Origin: Eledone cirrhosa
Lineage: Eukaryota
Assembly (NCBI GenBank): GCA_964016885.1
Contig: OZ024740.1
Span: 163,556,001 to 163,620,000, forward strand
Direction: 5' to 3'
DNA length: 64,000 bases
Shown: positions 26,082 to 41,500 of the stretch, piece by piece
Layout: the number at the start of each line of letters is the position of its first letter
How positions within the stretch are numbered: the stretch's first letter is position 1
Notes under the pieces: generated by a model
Database searches by the model: none
The model's input: the letters and a program-made list of their open reading frames with translations, nothing else
What the model was told of the DNA's origin: nothing
Program-made: the position numbers and the translations under genes

Positions 26082-26529
26082 ACAGGGAGAAAGAGACGAT
26101 TATGAGGAAGAAAAATATATTCTTTCCCTTTTTTTCTCTCTCTCTTTTTTCTGGGTTAGAAAATGATTAAAACGAAATGTTTTACTTTGTGTGAAGTGTT
26201 AAGGTATTAGTTGATTTATTTATTATTTAACAATGGCATTTATTTATTTATTTATATATTTAATTATTGTTTCAGCATTTATATGCATTATCAAATGATA
26301 GTAAAATGTATTAGTGTGGTGTCGGACATGTTAAACAGAAGGTGCAGAAAGAATAATGTTATATACAAAAAAGGTTTAAGAAGTGAAAAGAAAAAAGAAA
26401 AAGGAAAAAAAAACATGCATAATGTGGAACGTAAAAAGTCAATGTGGAAGAAAAAATAATGTTATTTACAAGCACAGTCATTGAAGTTAAGCAGTTCAAA
26501 ATGTGTTAATATAGTAAGAGTGCACTACA

Positions 26530-26725
26530 AGCCTAAACTTATATCTGACCCTAACACCAATATTTAGCCTAAAACTAACTCTAAGCTTAAGCTAACTGTA
26601 AATCTAACTGTAAATCTAACCCTATTCCTAACTGTTGTCCTAACTCTGACCCTAACCCTAATCTTAAAGCCTAAGCTTAAGCCTAACCTTAATCTTAACC
26701 TTAATGCTAACACTAAACCACCCCC
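26530..26725. repeat. Degenerate interstitial (CCCTAA)n telomere-like tract
   Basis: Hexamer periodicity of ccctaa/cctaac/cttaag/tctaac variants. Confidence 0.65.
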
Positions 26726-28082
26726 ATAACAAAATGGAAAGCTGTTATATGATTAAAACTGTTCAAGATTCTTACCTAAATTCATGTCAGTGATCTGGAA
26801 GGGCTGTAGAAGACTTGGATACAGCTCTGTCTTCTTGAACAAAATAGTAATGGCAATAAAATGCATTCTTTTTTTTTTAAGATGGTTTGATGTGATTTGG
26901 GGGAGAATTTGGCTGCTATTTCTCGTAGATCAACCAAACACATAGAGAGGCTTTCCTCGTTGGCTCGAGAGATTTATATATGACGATGAGAAGTGAAGAA
27001 AGTAATAATATACAAACAGAAAATAGTTTAAAAACATAAATGTCATGAAAGATAAATATTATGGCGACAAACAATGTCGAAAGCAAATGAGAAAAACGGC
27101 GTAGAATCAATAAATTGTTCATGATTATGGATTGAGAAAATAAATACTACAAATGGACTGAAAGCTTAATTATAACACAGCAAAAAGAGATCAGAACAAA
27201 TCGTATCAAAGCTTGAATAGAAATGTGCGAAGAGGTAAAGAAGATAACTCGGATGTGTAGAGACGTAAACGAGATTGATAATTATTTGACTAGCTAAAGT
27301 ATTAGAATGTCCCAAAGAGATTGGAAAAATCAAACAAAACAAAAACGATGAAGGAGAACATTCAAGGAGAACGGAATGAAAATAAATGAAAAATGCCAGA
27401 AGTGAACAATAAACAACAATGGCGACACCAAATAAAATTCTATAGGAATTGTCTGTTCAATCAGGCTGGCTTTAATAATGTTGCAGTACGACTGAACGTA
27501 ACACTAACTGATAATGTAATGATTAAATGGGAACTAATTGATTTTAGCATTCCATCTTGCAACAAAGATGATCTAGAAGGAATGTAAACGAGCGATATTT
27601 ACGGGAAATGAACGCTGGAATAAAAAAAATGAAGGAATATATAAAGTGTCTGGCTTTAAATAGGAATGAATATGATTTAAAGGCAAATATTCAACGCAGT
27701 ACACAGAATGAGAACTAATCTTAATGTGGTTGTTGCTGTTGTATCTTACTGTGTACGCGTGTCTATACGTAACATTTATATCTTCAACTTCGGTGCATGT
27801 ATAGGTCTGATGAAGTTTGACGAACACAAGCTTTGCCGAAACATCGTGGTCATTTTGTCATAATATATATATTATGAATATCGCTATCATTTTTACATGT
27901 ATTTATGATGGCAGGGTTTGAATGGGACTTTTATGACAAGATGCACTTTTATGATAAGATGACGTGAACGCTTTTAGTCACTTCTAATGACATATTGGCT
28001 ATATATATATATGTGTGTGTGTGCGTGTGCGTGTGTGTGTGTATGTGTGTGTATGTATTTGTGTGTGCGTGTGCGTGTGTGT

Positions 28083-28151
<69 letters not shown>

Positions 28152-31100
28152 TGTAAGGTGCAATTTCTTATCTTCTAAAGGTGGCGAATTGTTAGAAGCG
28201 TTAGGACGAAAGGCGGTCAGTAAATAAAGTAATAGTCTAGAACAATGCCCTGGCGGAAATTTTATATCAAACGTAGGGCCTTATGCTACTTTTCTTTGCG
28301 TTGTGTGCAAATATATTTCCATGGTTTACTTGTGTGGAACACCAAATCCATCGCCCAGCTTAACATCATCACCTAGCCTTTGGATGCCCTTAGTGGAAAC
28401 CATTCTGTAAACATTTAAGCTAGGTGTCCGTTTTTAGCGATATTTTCCTTTCCTCTTCTGTCTAGTTTCGGAGATCCTGTCAAGAGTAATATGCACGGTC
28501 CTTCCTCTTGACTAAGCAGTAAGAAATAGGACTATACACGCAGTATTTTTTTCAAAATTCCATACATCTGTACTAACATTTCTGAGTGTTAATAAGAAAA
28601 TCTATACATTTCTTTTGAGTTTGCAACCGTTTTCAACTTTGATATAAATATGGTAATTTTTCCATTAAGTATTATTGATTTTGACCCTTTTGGGATACCT
28701 CTTCAATTTTTCTATATAATTTTAATTTTCTAATATTGACAAAGCTACTGATTTAGAGGCTCCCCTAATATTGGCCTTTACAATGTTATAGTTCTTGACT
28801 GAAAAGCATTTTGTTTTTCAAAACAAGAATAGAAATACAAAACCACTTCCATTTTAGTTATAGAATGCCAAAGCTATTTTCATTCCCCAAAATGACCCCT
28901 GTCCTCTGAACACTGTAGAAACCTATTATTAACCCGTTATTGTTATGTTGTCTGCCTAATATTATTGTTTTCAAAGGCCTCCATACCAAAGTAATTACGG
29001 TAAACGGTTTCCACTACAGAAACATCAAAGCTGACATATCATGTGCTTGCCACGTGTGTGGCTGCTATTATGGAAATTCAATTCAAATCAACAGGGAGGT
29101 AAGAGATCACTACATAATCACTCGACCTATTAGAATGTGTGAATTTGGGAAGATTTGCCTCCTATTTCTTGCAGATCAAGCCACTACGTAAAGGGTAACT
29201 TGCTGATTTATGGGTTAGTTTTACTTGTTGCTTAGCCCCATTTGAGTCCTAACTGAAATCTTTGATCAAAAGCTTTCTAGCCGTTACCCCATTGTCAATT
29301 TTGAACGCCCAGGACTGCATTATCCATTGTATCTTTCCAAATTAGGAAACATTTGGTAGCTATTTCCAACAGGCTAGCTGCACACGTAGAGACTCTTCAT
29401 TAGTTCATCGATTGGTTGCCTGTTGTTGTTGTTGTTGTTTTTGTTGATCACCAGATCAGTCATGATCGAGTAGACATATGATCAAAGGTATTTCAGCCTT
29501 GATCATCTCATCCGTCATTTTTGTTCATGCACAGCGAATCTTGAACTACATTATTCAATGTATCATTCCTTCCTTTTAGAGATATGAGGGAGATTTTGGC
29601 TGCTATTTCTAGCAGGTGGGGTAACTACGTAGAAACTACCTTTGCTGGTATTTTACTTTGCTGACCTTTCCTTTAACATTCAACTTTTCAGAAACAGTGT
29701 TTACCAAACAATTTTGTTCTTGTGTTACAAATTTATTCTGTTGTTTTCTGTATTTAACTGGAATTGGAATACTTTGGCTGCTTTAAAATTAACCTCTTTA
29801 AACACTTTTTGTACGTTGGATTTGTATTGCTTTGCAATTTTGTCATTTTGTTTTTTATTCATTTTGATTGGGCTTAATTTATTATATGACTTGACACGGC
29901 GAATTCGTAGAGTTGGGAAAGCGCCTTTGTTCCAACTTTCTACAATCAGAGTTCAAATTCAGCTGAGATCTTATCCGTCGACAAATAAAGAAGAAGAAGA
30001 AGAAGAAGAAGAAACAAATTTTGATAGTAATATTCTAATCAAAATGTACAGCCACAAAAATGTGTGTTCTGTCTATACTTGCATGCAATATAGTGATAAG
30101 TAAGATTTAGTTGTGGTGATGTTAGATTTATATGTTGATCTAGTATTTAAAGGACGGTGTTTTAGTGATTTTAAGAAATAAGCAACTACTGAAAAGGATC
30201 TTACGGTTTAAAAAAACGCTTACGCACAAATTTTATTTTTAATAATTCAAAAAGTATTTCATCTAATTATTGTGGATGTGTTGTGGTGTAAAAATGATTA
30301 AAACATAATGAATTTAATGAAATACTTAATTACGAGGTGGGATATAAACCATACAACATGAACTCTGTTATTTGTTAAATCCTGGTAGCAAATGAAATGG
30401 TGAGACATCAGATGCACCCACTTGCTTTTAGTTTCTTAATTTTAAAAGGTGGGGTTAAAAATGATCTCCCATGCAAAAGTTAAAGTTAATGTCTTAACGG
30501 TCCATCGGACCGTGCTTATCGCTGCTTCATTGGCGTTAAGTGACTAGGCGTGTAAGAATTCATTCTGAACGGGACATTTCAGGATTACATTTTGAGTTTA
30601 AACGTAGTACCAGATTTGCTACTAAATCCCTTTACAGTTGAAGTTCCTACAAGTAATTTTAAATTCTATTCTCACCTATGGAATTCTTTCATACCCTTGC
30701 GATTGAGCCCAATACTTTAACCAGTAGGCCGTAAGACTTCACATCATGCAGAATCCAATACTGAAAAAAAGTGATACAGTTTTTAACCCACTGTGCCCTA
30801 AAAGATTAAATACGACTATATTATCTATATTTATATAAGCATTTGCAACGAGTATTAAATAACTTCAAGTGTGATAGATTTTCGAGTAGGTGGAACATCC
30901 CTTTATATCCTGCCAAAGTCAACTCAGTCATGTCCTTTGGGGTTCAGTTAGGTTATTACTAATCATATACTGGGGTCGATTCAATTGATTTCCCCCTTCC
31001 ATAAAAAATGTATTATTTTTTCTACTTCTTCACTTTTTTGCCCTTAACTCCTGGTGGAGTCGTAGGAACACCGCCGAGTATCACAACAAGTCTTGAGCAT

Positions 31101-31600
31101 TTTGAACCTGGCGAAGCCCATCCCTTCTCCAGGTCTGAACACACTCGATTTCTTCCAGAGGAGAGAGAGAGTGACAGAGATGAAATGGGAAAAGGAGATG
31201 GTGAGGAAATGATCACATTAATAGATAGTTACTTTATTTATCGACCTAGAAAAGATGAAAGGTAAAGTTGACCTCGGCAGAATTTGAACTCAGAGCACAA
31301 TAAACGGGGACAAATACCGAAGCATTTAACCCGACACACCTAACAACTCTTCCACTTCGCCGCTTTCGTCATCTTGTACCGAAGTTTAACTTTAATGACA
31401 GTTTCATGCAACAGCTTGTTCTGATCTCCTACAGACGTAACAAATAGACGGGGGCGTCATCTTGTTGGATGTTGGCTCCTCATTACTTATGAGAATTATG
31501 AGATTTTGCTGGCTGTGTTCAGCTGTAAATCTTAAAACTTTCGTTTTAGCTATTGGTAATCTCATTATACCTGATATGTGGTGCCTTAGGGTAGATATAT

Positions 31601-31690
31601 TAAAATATAGCTGAATACCATAGAGAACTAAAATATAGCTGAATACCATAGAGAACTAAAATATAGCTGAATACCATAGAGAACTAAAAT
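31601..31690. repeat. 28-bp tandem repeat, about 3 copies
   Basis: aaaatatagctgaataccatagagaact repeated three times. Confidence 0.9.
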
Positions 31691-32665
31691 AATGATAATT
31701 TCTAAGTTAGGCAAAAGAAGGCAATTTGAGGGGAGGATAAGTCGATCCCAGTCCTTGACAACTACTTTATTTTATCGACTTCTTAAAGGTGAAAGGCAAA
31801 GGTGACCTCGATGATATACGAACTCAGAATGTAAAGGGCCAGAACAAACAATTTGTCACAAACAATTTGTCCGATGCTCTAACAATCCTGCCAATCCACT
31901 GCCCTCAATGATAGATTCTAGTTCAAGCACAAGGCCAGCAAAATTGGGAACAGGAAATATCGATTATATCGACTCCTGTATTTGATTGAAACATTATTTT
32001 ATTACCACCAGAAAGCTATAAAGCAAATAATGGTTTCTAATTTAAGCACAATGCCAGCAACTTTGCGGGAATAGAAATGTTGATTATATCGACCACAATA
32101 CTTGACTAGTACTTTATTTTATCGACCTCAGATGGATGAAAAGCAAAGTTGACCTTAGCCAGAACGTAAAAACCCGTAAATAAATATTGCAAAGCATTTT
32201 ATCCGACGTTCTAACAATTTTGCTAATTCACCAACCTAAAGTAGATAATTGTTTCTACTTTAAGCACAAGGCCAGAAATTTGAAGGGGAGGGGAGAAAGC
32301 TGATTAAATCTACCCCCAGTATATTACTAGTGCTTTATTTTATCGACCCCGTGAGGATGAAAGGCAAAGCTAACCTCGTCGGGATTTGAACTCAGAACGT
32401 AAAGGACCACAACTCTATGCTGCAAATAAACTATATAATAATAATAATGAACTCAGAAAGTAAAGGCTCATAACACTATACTGCCAATAAAGTAAATAAT
32501 GGTTTCTTATATAGGCACAAGGCCAGTAATTTGGGGGGAGGGGAAAGTCGATTAAATCGACCCCAGTCCGTGACTGGTACTTTATTTCATCGACCACATA
32601 AGGATGAAAGGCAAAGTTAACATCAGTGGGATTTGATCTCAGAACGTAAAGGGTCATAACTCTAT
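31690..32665 (-). mobile_element. Head-to-tail array of about 5 SINE copies
   Basis: Repeated (g)cacaaggccagc..tcgacccc..gtactttatttt atcgacc..ggatgaaaggcaaag at ~31700, 31925, 32040, 32260 and 32510. Confidence 0.8.
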
Positions 32666-33500
32666 GTTGCAAATGAAGTAATACTCAGGGTGGAGTATCA
32701 GATTTCTCATCAGTTCTGCATAAATATTCTCCTTTTCGCTAATCTTTGATATTATATTGGCATCTGCTGGGCAGCTAATTTCCACTAATGTGCATGCTTT
32801 CTTCTCCCTGTCCCATATCAATATATCTGGTCTGTTATGCCAGCATTTTATTGGGGTTTTTACTGGAACATTCCACCAGTACTCTTTCATATTATGTATA
32901 TGTATGTCTTCCACATTGCTGTAGCTTTTAATGTGTTTATTATCGGGGCTATCTTTTCTACGGATTGCATTGTACAGTGTTTTGGCCACTACATCATGCC
33001 TCATAGGTAGATAGTACCGCGATGACATCTTTGGACAGCTGCTTATGACATGGGTGACATCTTCGATGTTAGTTCTGCACAGTCTGCACTTGTTATCACA
33101 TCTAGGTGTTTTGCCTGCATCCCTATCTCTTTTGTGAATCAGGTATTTCGTGTTGATTTATGCAGATACTCCACACTGATTACACCTTCAGATTTGTGCC
33201 TGTGATTATTGGGGCACTGGGATATGTTAGTAACTGCCTCAATACAAATCTTGAGAAGCTGGGCTTCACAGGAACAGAAAGAACACAACTAGTTAGGAAA
33301 TTACAAGTACAATCCATTAATGGAACAGTAAAAATATGTAAAACATTCCAAACATTTTGCATTTAATAACTGCATATACACATGTACAAATACTAAGCAT
33401 ATACACATACAACTCAAAACATACACATCCAGACATACAATAACATCCATATCTACACATGCATGCCTACACACACACATACATGCATACATACATACAT
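32666..33500. mobile_element. RLE-type non-LTR 3' end with 5' inversion (minus 32666-33158, plus 33159-33366, TACA-like tail)
   Basis: Minus piece: CRLCRTNIEDVTHVISSC..RHD..NRPDILIW..EISCP..ILHPEYYF. The plus piece continues ILHTDYTFRFVPVIIGALG..KTFQTFCI. Confidence 0.85.
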
Positions 33501-33926
33501 GGTGGCTGCCAACTCGTTTTCGAGTACGGCCACTACTTTATATCCATGGAGGAGAACCCCTATCGATGCGCTGAACGAGTGTGACTTTTTAGTCCAGCCA
33601 GCGACTTGAAAACTCTGGTACAAACACTACACTTGTGACAATTATTGACACATAGTGCTGGGCCCATGGTACCATGTGACGACAAGTGCAGAGAGATCTC
33701 CAGATATAAAGCAATGCCTGTGCTGTGAAGCTTTTATAGTGAGCAAAGGCACTGCACAAAGCCAGTCCCACTCTCTTAACCAAGATGATATTTACCAAAA
33801 AGAAGAACAAGTCAACATCATTGGATACCATCAGGGTTGCAGGTGTAATATCAGAGTTTTCCTTCTCCTAGAATTCTGCCTTGACAAAGGCTAAGGTGTC
33901 ATCTCTCCCGGTGATTTTGGATAGCC
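33500..33926 (-). mobile_element. LINE (RTE-like) 3' end with C-terminal C2H2 zinc finger, between (TACA)n tracts
   Basis: Minus strand reads CSVCTRVFKSLAGLKSHTRSAHR* near 33560-33635, followed by a short UTR and (TATG)n. Confidence 0.55.
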
Positions 33927-33966
33927 ATACATACATACATACATACATACATACATACATACATAC

Positions 33967-35708
33967 AGAAGGGCATCTTTCAGGGTGATAGCTTGTCAGT
34001 ACTACTCTTCGTTCTCTCACTGAATCCACTATCTTACCTACTCAGGAAACAAGGTGGACAAAGAAGTGGGCCCAGAAGTATCTCCCATCTTTTCTTTGTT
34101 GATGACCTGAAGTTGTATGGGCCAAATATCAATGACATCAAGAAACAATTGGACCTCATTACACAATTTTCAACCGACATCAAAATGAAATTTGGTGAGT
34201 CCAAGTGTGCATATTTGGCAGTAAAACGTGGAAGAGCTGTGCCCTCCTCTAGAAATCTAGATATGAACGGCCTGACAATACAACCTCTGCAGTCAGGTGA
34301 CAACTACAGATATCTTGGACAGGATGAGAATGTCAGATATGATGGACCCATAAATAAGGAGAGAACCAGAACTGAATACCTCAGAAGAGTAAAAAAAATA
34401 TGGTCATCAGAACTGTCAGCATACAACAAATACATTGCCCACAATACCTATGCTGTGCCAATTCTAACGCCAACATTTGGCCTACTGAACTGGTCATTGC
34501 AAGAACTAAGTGAGATGGATGTTAGAACTCGTAAACTTCTCAGTGTTACTGGGAACTTTAACATCAATGGTGATGTGGATAGGCTATACTTCTCACGCAA
34601 GGAAGGTGGCCGGGGTCTAAAATCAATATTAACAACATATGAAACCCGGATAGTAACACTGAAGCAACACCTTCAACAGAGGAAAAAGGTTGGCGACCAT
34701 CTTGCTCAGGTTTATGAGCATGAAAAAAGAAATATCATTAGAATAGCGACTGATCTGGAGGAGAGATATGGAATAAAGCCTGATATAAATCTCTCACCCA
34801 GAGAAATCGGAAGATCCTATTCAATGTTCAAACAAGAAAAAGAAATTGACCAATTTACAGAGAAAGTTGTGCATGGATACTTGAGGCGTAAAACACAGAC
34901 CATAGAGGGGATAAACCACTCAAAAAGCCTGGCATGGAGTTCCGACAAGTTTATGACATCACACCTTGAGGGATATCTCTATGCAATACAGGAACAAGAA
35001 CTCCCTACCAAATATCTGCTGCACAAAAGAGGAGGGCCAGCAGCTGACAATAAATGTAGGCTATGTAAAACAAAGATCGAGGATGTAAGCCACATTGTTG
35101 CCAGCTGCGAAAGAATGTCATCTCGCTACTACCTCCCCATGAGACACGATGGGATAGCTAGAACTATCTGGAACGCACTTCGGAAAACAAAATTAACAAC
35201 AAACGAGGAAGAATATATTGAGACAGATGGCACTAAGGAATACTGGTGGAACCTGAAAATAAAAACTGCCACCAAATTAAAGCACAACCGGCCTGATATT
35301 GTAGTTTGGGACCACACATTGAAAACGTGTTCTGTTGTGGAGATCAGCTGCCCACTTGATGTAAACGTTGTCAGAAAAATACAGGAGAAGGAGGACATCT
35401 ACGGACCATTGATGAGGAGCTTACAAATCCAGTATCCAAGATACACCTTTAGCTTCATACCCATCATTATTGGTGCTACGGGTTATATACCAACCCGCTT
35501 GGACCAAAGTATGACCGAACTTGGATTTGCGGACAAAAAGCGCAGCTCCCTAATTCATAGTCTACAAATGGCTGCGATAGCTGGCACCTTCAAAATATGC
35601 AAAACATTCTTGCGATTCAAGGGATGACAATTTCTTTTCTTTTACAACCTTGCCACCAGGAAGGTGGCCGGTCAAAAAAATATACTCGAAATTAAGAGAA
35701 AGAGAAAA
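33967..35708 (+). mobile_element. 5'-truncated R4/Dong-like retrotransposon with uninterrupted RT C-half + RLE ORF (to 35627), inserted in (TACA)n
   Basis: GIFQGDSLSVLLF, FFVDDLKL, CRLC..EDVSHIVASC, RHD, NRPDIVVW, EISCP. No stops over 544 aa. (TACA)n on both sides. Confidence 0.92.
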
Positions 35709-36069
35709 CATACATACATACATACATACATACATGCATGCATGCATACACACACACATACATACACACACACACATACATGCACACACACACATACATA
35801 CATACATACATACATACACACATACATGCACACACACACATACATACATACACACATACATGCATGCATAAATACACACATGCATACATACATGCATACA
35901 TACACGCATGTGAAATTATAAAACCAGAAGAACATACATACATACATACATACATACATACATACATACATACATACATACATACATACATACATGCATA
36001 CACACACATACATACATACATACATACATACATACATACATACATACATACATACATACATACATACAC

Positions 36070-36300
36070 AAAGAAGAACAAGATTGGGGAGCAAAGGAAT
36101 GAGATCATTGGCGACGTTCTTCGTTAGGAACCAAAGTCTGGGTACGAAAATGGTGGTTAACCAAATCGAACCTACATAAAGCAACTGCGCGAGGATTTTG
36201 AGTGCACCCAAGAAGACCTACTACTAGCAATGGCAAACCGGATAGACTGGAGAGAACGAGTCATTGTGATTACATGCATTAAGCATAATGAGGATGATAT
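36070..36300 (+). mobile_element. RTE-like LINE 3' remnant
   Basis: TYIKQLREDFECTQEDLLLAMANRIDWRERV resembles the RTE C-terminus at 52320-52437. Confidence 0.5.
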
Positions 36301-36406
36301 TCCTCGGAGCAAAGAGAGCGAAATATCACGATAAATTAACGGAGCCATAGACTCTCGTTATTCCCTGTAAATAATGTGTTCAAAGGAAAAGAAATCCTAA
36401 GCTCTT

Positions 36407-37367
<961 letters not shown>

Positions 37368-37571
37368 TATATATATATATATATTTTTTTTTGACATTTC
37401 GCTCTACATGGCTGAATACAATAAATGTAATCCGAGTTTTTCGAATATTAATAACATTCGATTCGTTGCAATTATGCAAACAAGCCTCATTTTTCATAAA
37501 ACCATATTTCTTTCGAAATACGAAATTCTTATACATATTGTATAAAGCTATGTTTGAAGCGAAATCTTATT

Positions 37572-38149
<578 letters not shown>

Positions 38150-38166
38150 TATATACTATATATGTA

Positions 38167-38267
<101 letters not shown>

Positions 38268-38583
38268 GTAAGTATGCACTTGTGCACATATATATACACA
38301 TATATACATAATCATATGTACGTATGGGTTATATCGAACAATAATAATAATGTTCGATTCGTTTGTAAACAACGGTCCAATTTGAAGCTGTGCCGGTGAC
38401 CAATCGGCACCTGTTTGTTCAACACTGGCTTTGAGGAATAATTAACGTGTTTCTGGGTCATTACCCTTCATCAAGACCGTATATATGTGTATGTCTGTAT
38501 ATATATATATATGTGTACATGTGCATACTTACATTTATGTATCAGCTGTACTAGGGCGAGAAATAAAATTCTAATTTTATTTA

Positions 38584-41500
38584 TCTCTATCTCTATCTCT
38601 ATCTCTCTATATATAAAACGGTAGATGTCTGTCTGTGTGTGTGTATGATTTTTATGCATTTCCACATTTCTCTACCGATTTTGATGATGTTTTTTCCAAT
38701 ATGCTCCAAATTTCCCAGGGCAGGTCAACGCGTAATTTTTTTGCCAAACATTTCCTGCTTCTATGAAAAAAAATCGATAAAACTAAATACATGCTGTAAC
38801 CCTCTCTCTTACACGCTTCATTCCTCTCACTACCCGCAATCTCCTCCGCAACTCTCTTTAAAAGATTATTGCCTCCGTCTCTGAAGGAACGCGACACAAA
38901 CTTTGATAACCCTCTCTCTTACACGCTTCATTCCTCTCACTACCCTCAATCTCCTCTGCAACTCTCTTTAAAAGGTTACTGCCTCCGTCTCTATTACAGT
39001 TTAGAATAACGACAAAACTTCTCTCTCTCTATAATAGATCATTCACCCTCTTTGTTCGTCATACATCAAATATCAAAATTTAAAAAGCCGATAACATTAA
39101 ATACATACTGCTCTCTCAACGTTACATTTTACATCAAATAACAAATATTCAAAAGCAACAGATGAATTTATAAAACAACAAACGTAACAATAACGACGCT
39201 TAAGCGTTCATTTACTTGAATCTCAATAAAGACATTATGTTTTATTGTTGTCTTTTTTGTAATTTTCTTTCTTTGTTTTTCTCAATATGAGACAAAAAAT
39301 TAATGAGAACACTTTTTTCACGAACGTCCGATTTCGATGATTTATTTTCCAGCGTGCTCCAAAATAACGCCCCTGTTTACGCTCTTTTGTGCTATAACTC
39401 AGACAGGTTTGGCTTACAGGTTTGACCTATTATTTGACGTGCATTCTTCATAGATCTTATTTACTACTCACTTTCCACTTACTCACCGTTCAATTGAAAG
39501 TTTTGGTTACTCCCCCTTTCATGCTCCATTACCTGCATAAATATTTACGTGTTCGGTCCTGCTACAACATAGTACTCACTTGAAACTAATTCAAAGTTCA
39601 TTTGAAAATTTTCGCTACCAAACACATTCTTTGAATCTACGGTCATGTCACCCAAAAAAGCCACGGCTTAGTCGCACAAACTAAAGCTGCTTCTGCTGCC
39701 AAACGAAGAAGAGCTACAGAGTTGTCCGTAGAAAAATTGACTCGGTTGTCACAAAATTCAACTCGAAATGCAATTACCCGGGCAACCGAGACAGAAAAAA
39801 AGAGAAGCATCCGCCTTTCCGGAAATGCATCTGTAACTGCAGTTGCACGTGCAGCGCAAACTGATGAATAACATTCTCGACGACGAAGCAAAAATGCTGC
39901 CTCCACCGCTGCGGCACGTGACGGTGAGGACGAAGAACACCGTTACAGTCGACGACGAAGAGATGCCGCCTCAACTGCTGCGTCACGTGCTGCCGAGGAC
40001 GAAGGGCAGCGTTCCAGATGTCAACGTACGGACGCCGCTTCCGCTTCCGTTCACGCATCAGAGACTGCGCAAATTCAATTACAAAGGCTAAACGCCAACG
40101 CACTCCGCAGGAGTGCTAAACGAGGTACAGAGAGGATCAGTTGCACTCAGTGGTCTCATAAGGCTTTCCATTATGACGCAACAGTAAACTATGCCCGAAT
40201 TTCAGATTGGATCCATGTCTGTCATTTGCCAATATTGTCGGGCAAAAAAATGGCCTGGGGAAACTTCAGCGATGTGCTGCTCTGATGGCAAAGTGAGACT
40301 GCCTCCTCTACAGGAACCACCACAACCTTTAAAGTCTCTACTGAGCGGTGCCACAGCGGAGTCGGAACACTTCCTTCGATGTTCCAGGAGATACAACGCT
40401 GCCTTCCAAATAACCTCTTTCGGAGCTAACATACGCGAGGACAGCTTCATGCCTACCTTTAAAGTTCAAGGACAAATTTACCACAGAATCGGTTCGCTAC
40501 TGCCCACTACAGACGGACAGCCCCAGTTCCTACAGCTATAATTTCTCACTGACTATTTGGACCAAGCGGAACGACGCGCTTCAATTTCGCCTGACTCAGA
40601 CATGAAAATTCTGTTGCAACTCGAGAGAATGCTGCACGAAAACAACAACTACATTCGCAGTTTTAAATGCGCATTGGAGGCTGCTCCATTGCCAAATTTT
40701 GCTGTTATAATCGACGCTGACAGGAAACCACCAGGCACCTACGCCGGACGTTTTAACACTCCCGCGTGCAATGAAATAGCTGTGCTTCTTCATGGAGAAC
40801 AGTACAAGCGGGATATCATACTTCAGTGTAGGGACAATAGTCTGCAACGGATCAGCGAGACGCATAGGTCCTACGACGCATTCCAATATCCCCTACTTTT
40901 CCCATTAGGTGACGACGGATACCACTTTGGAATTCCTTTGTGCAACAGCAACAAAACTGTTTCCTCTATGCAATTCTATACCTACCGATTCATGGTCCGC
41001 GAATGCTGCTTTAACCAACTCCACCGTGCAAGAGTACTCTTCAACCAGCTTGCTGTAGACGCGTGCGCAAAGATGGAATCTGAAAGGCTGTGCTACATAA
41101 GGAAAATCAAGCACGCCTTCGTTCGGACAGCTACATTCACTTACGGGATGGAGTAAGGAATGGCGTCGATCCCGAAAACCTAGGAAAACATTGTATCCTT
41201 CCGTCGACCTTCATTGGGAGTCCCCGATACATGAGTGAACGCACACAGGATGCTATGACGTACGTGCGTCTCTACGGCAGACCGGATCTCTTCATCACTT
41301 CAACATGCAACCCTAAGTGGAGTGAAATTACCGCGGAATTATTCCCCGGATAAAGGGCGTCAGACAGACACGATCTTACGGCACGAGTCTTTCAGTTGAA
41401 TTTAACAAAACTTATTGAACTCCTAAAATCAGGTAAGGCCTTTGGACCTGTTAGGTGCTACGTATGCACCGTTGAGTGGCAAAAGAGAGGCCTGCCACAC

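Noticed and set aside
31601-31690. 28-bp repeats resembling a CRISPR array
   Set aside because: No spacers, no cas genes, and a eukaryotic context. It is a simple tandem repeat.
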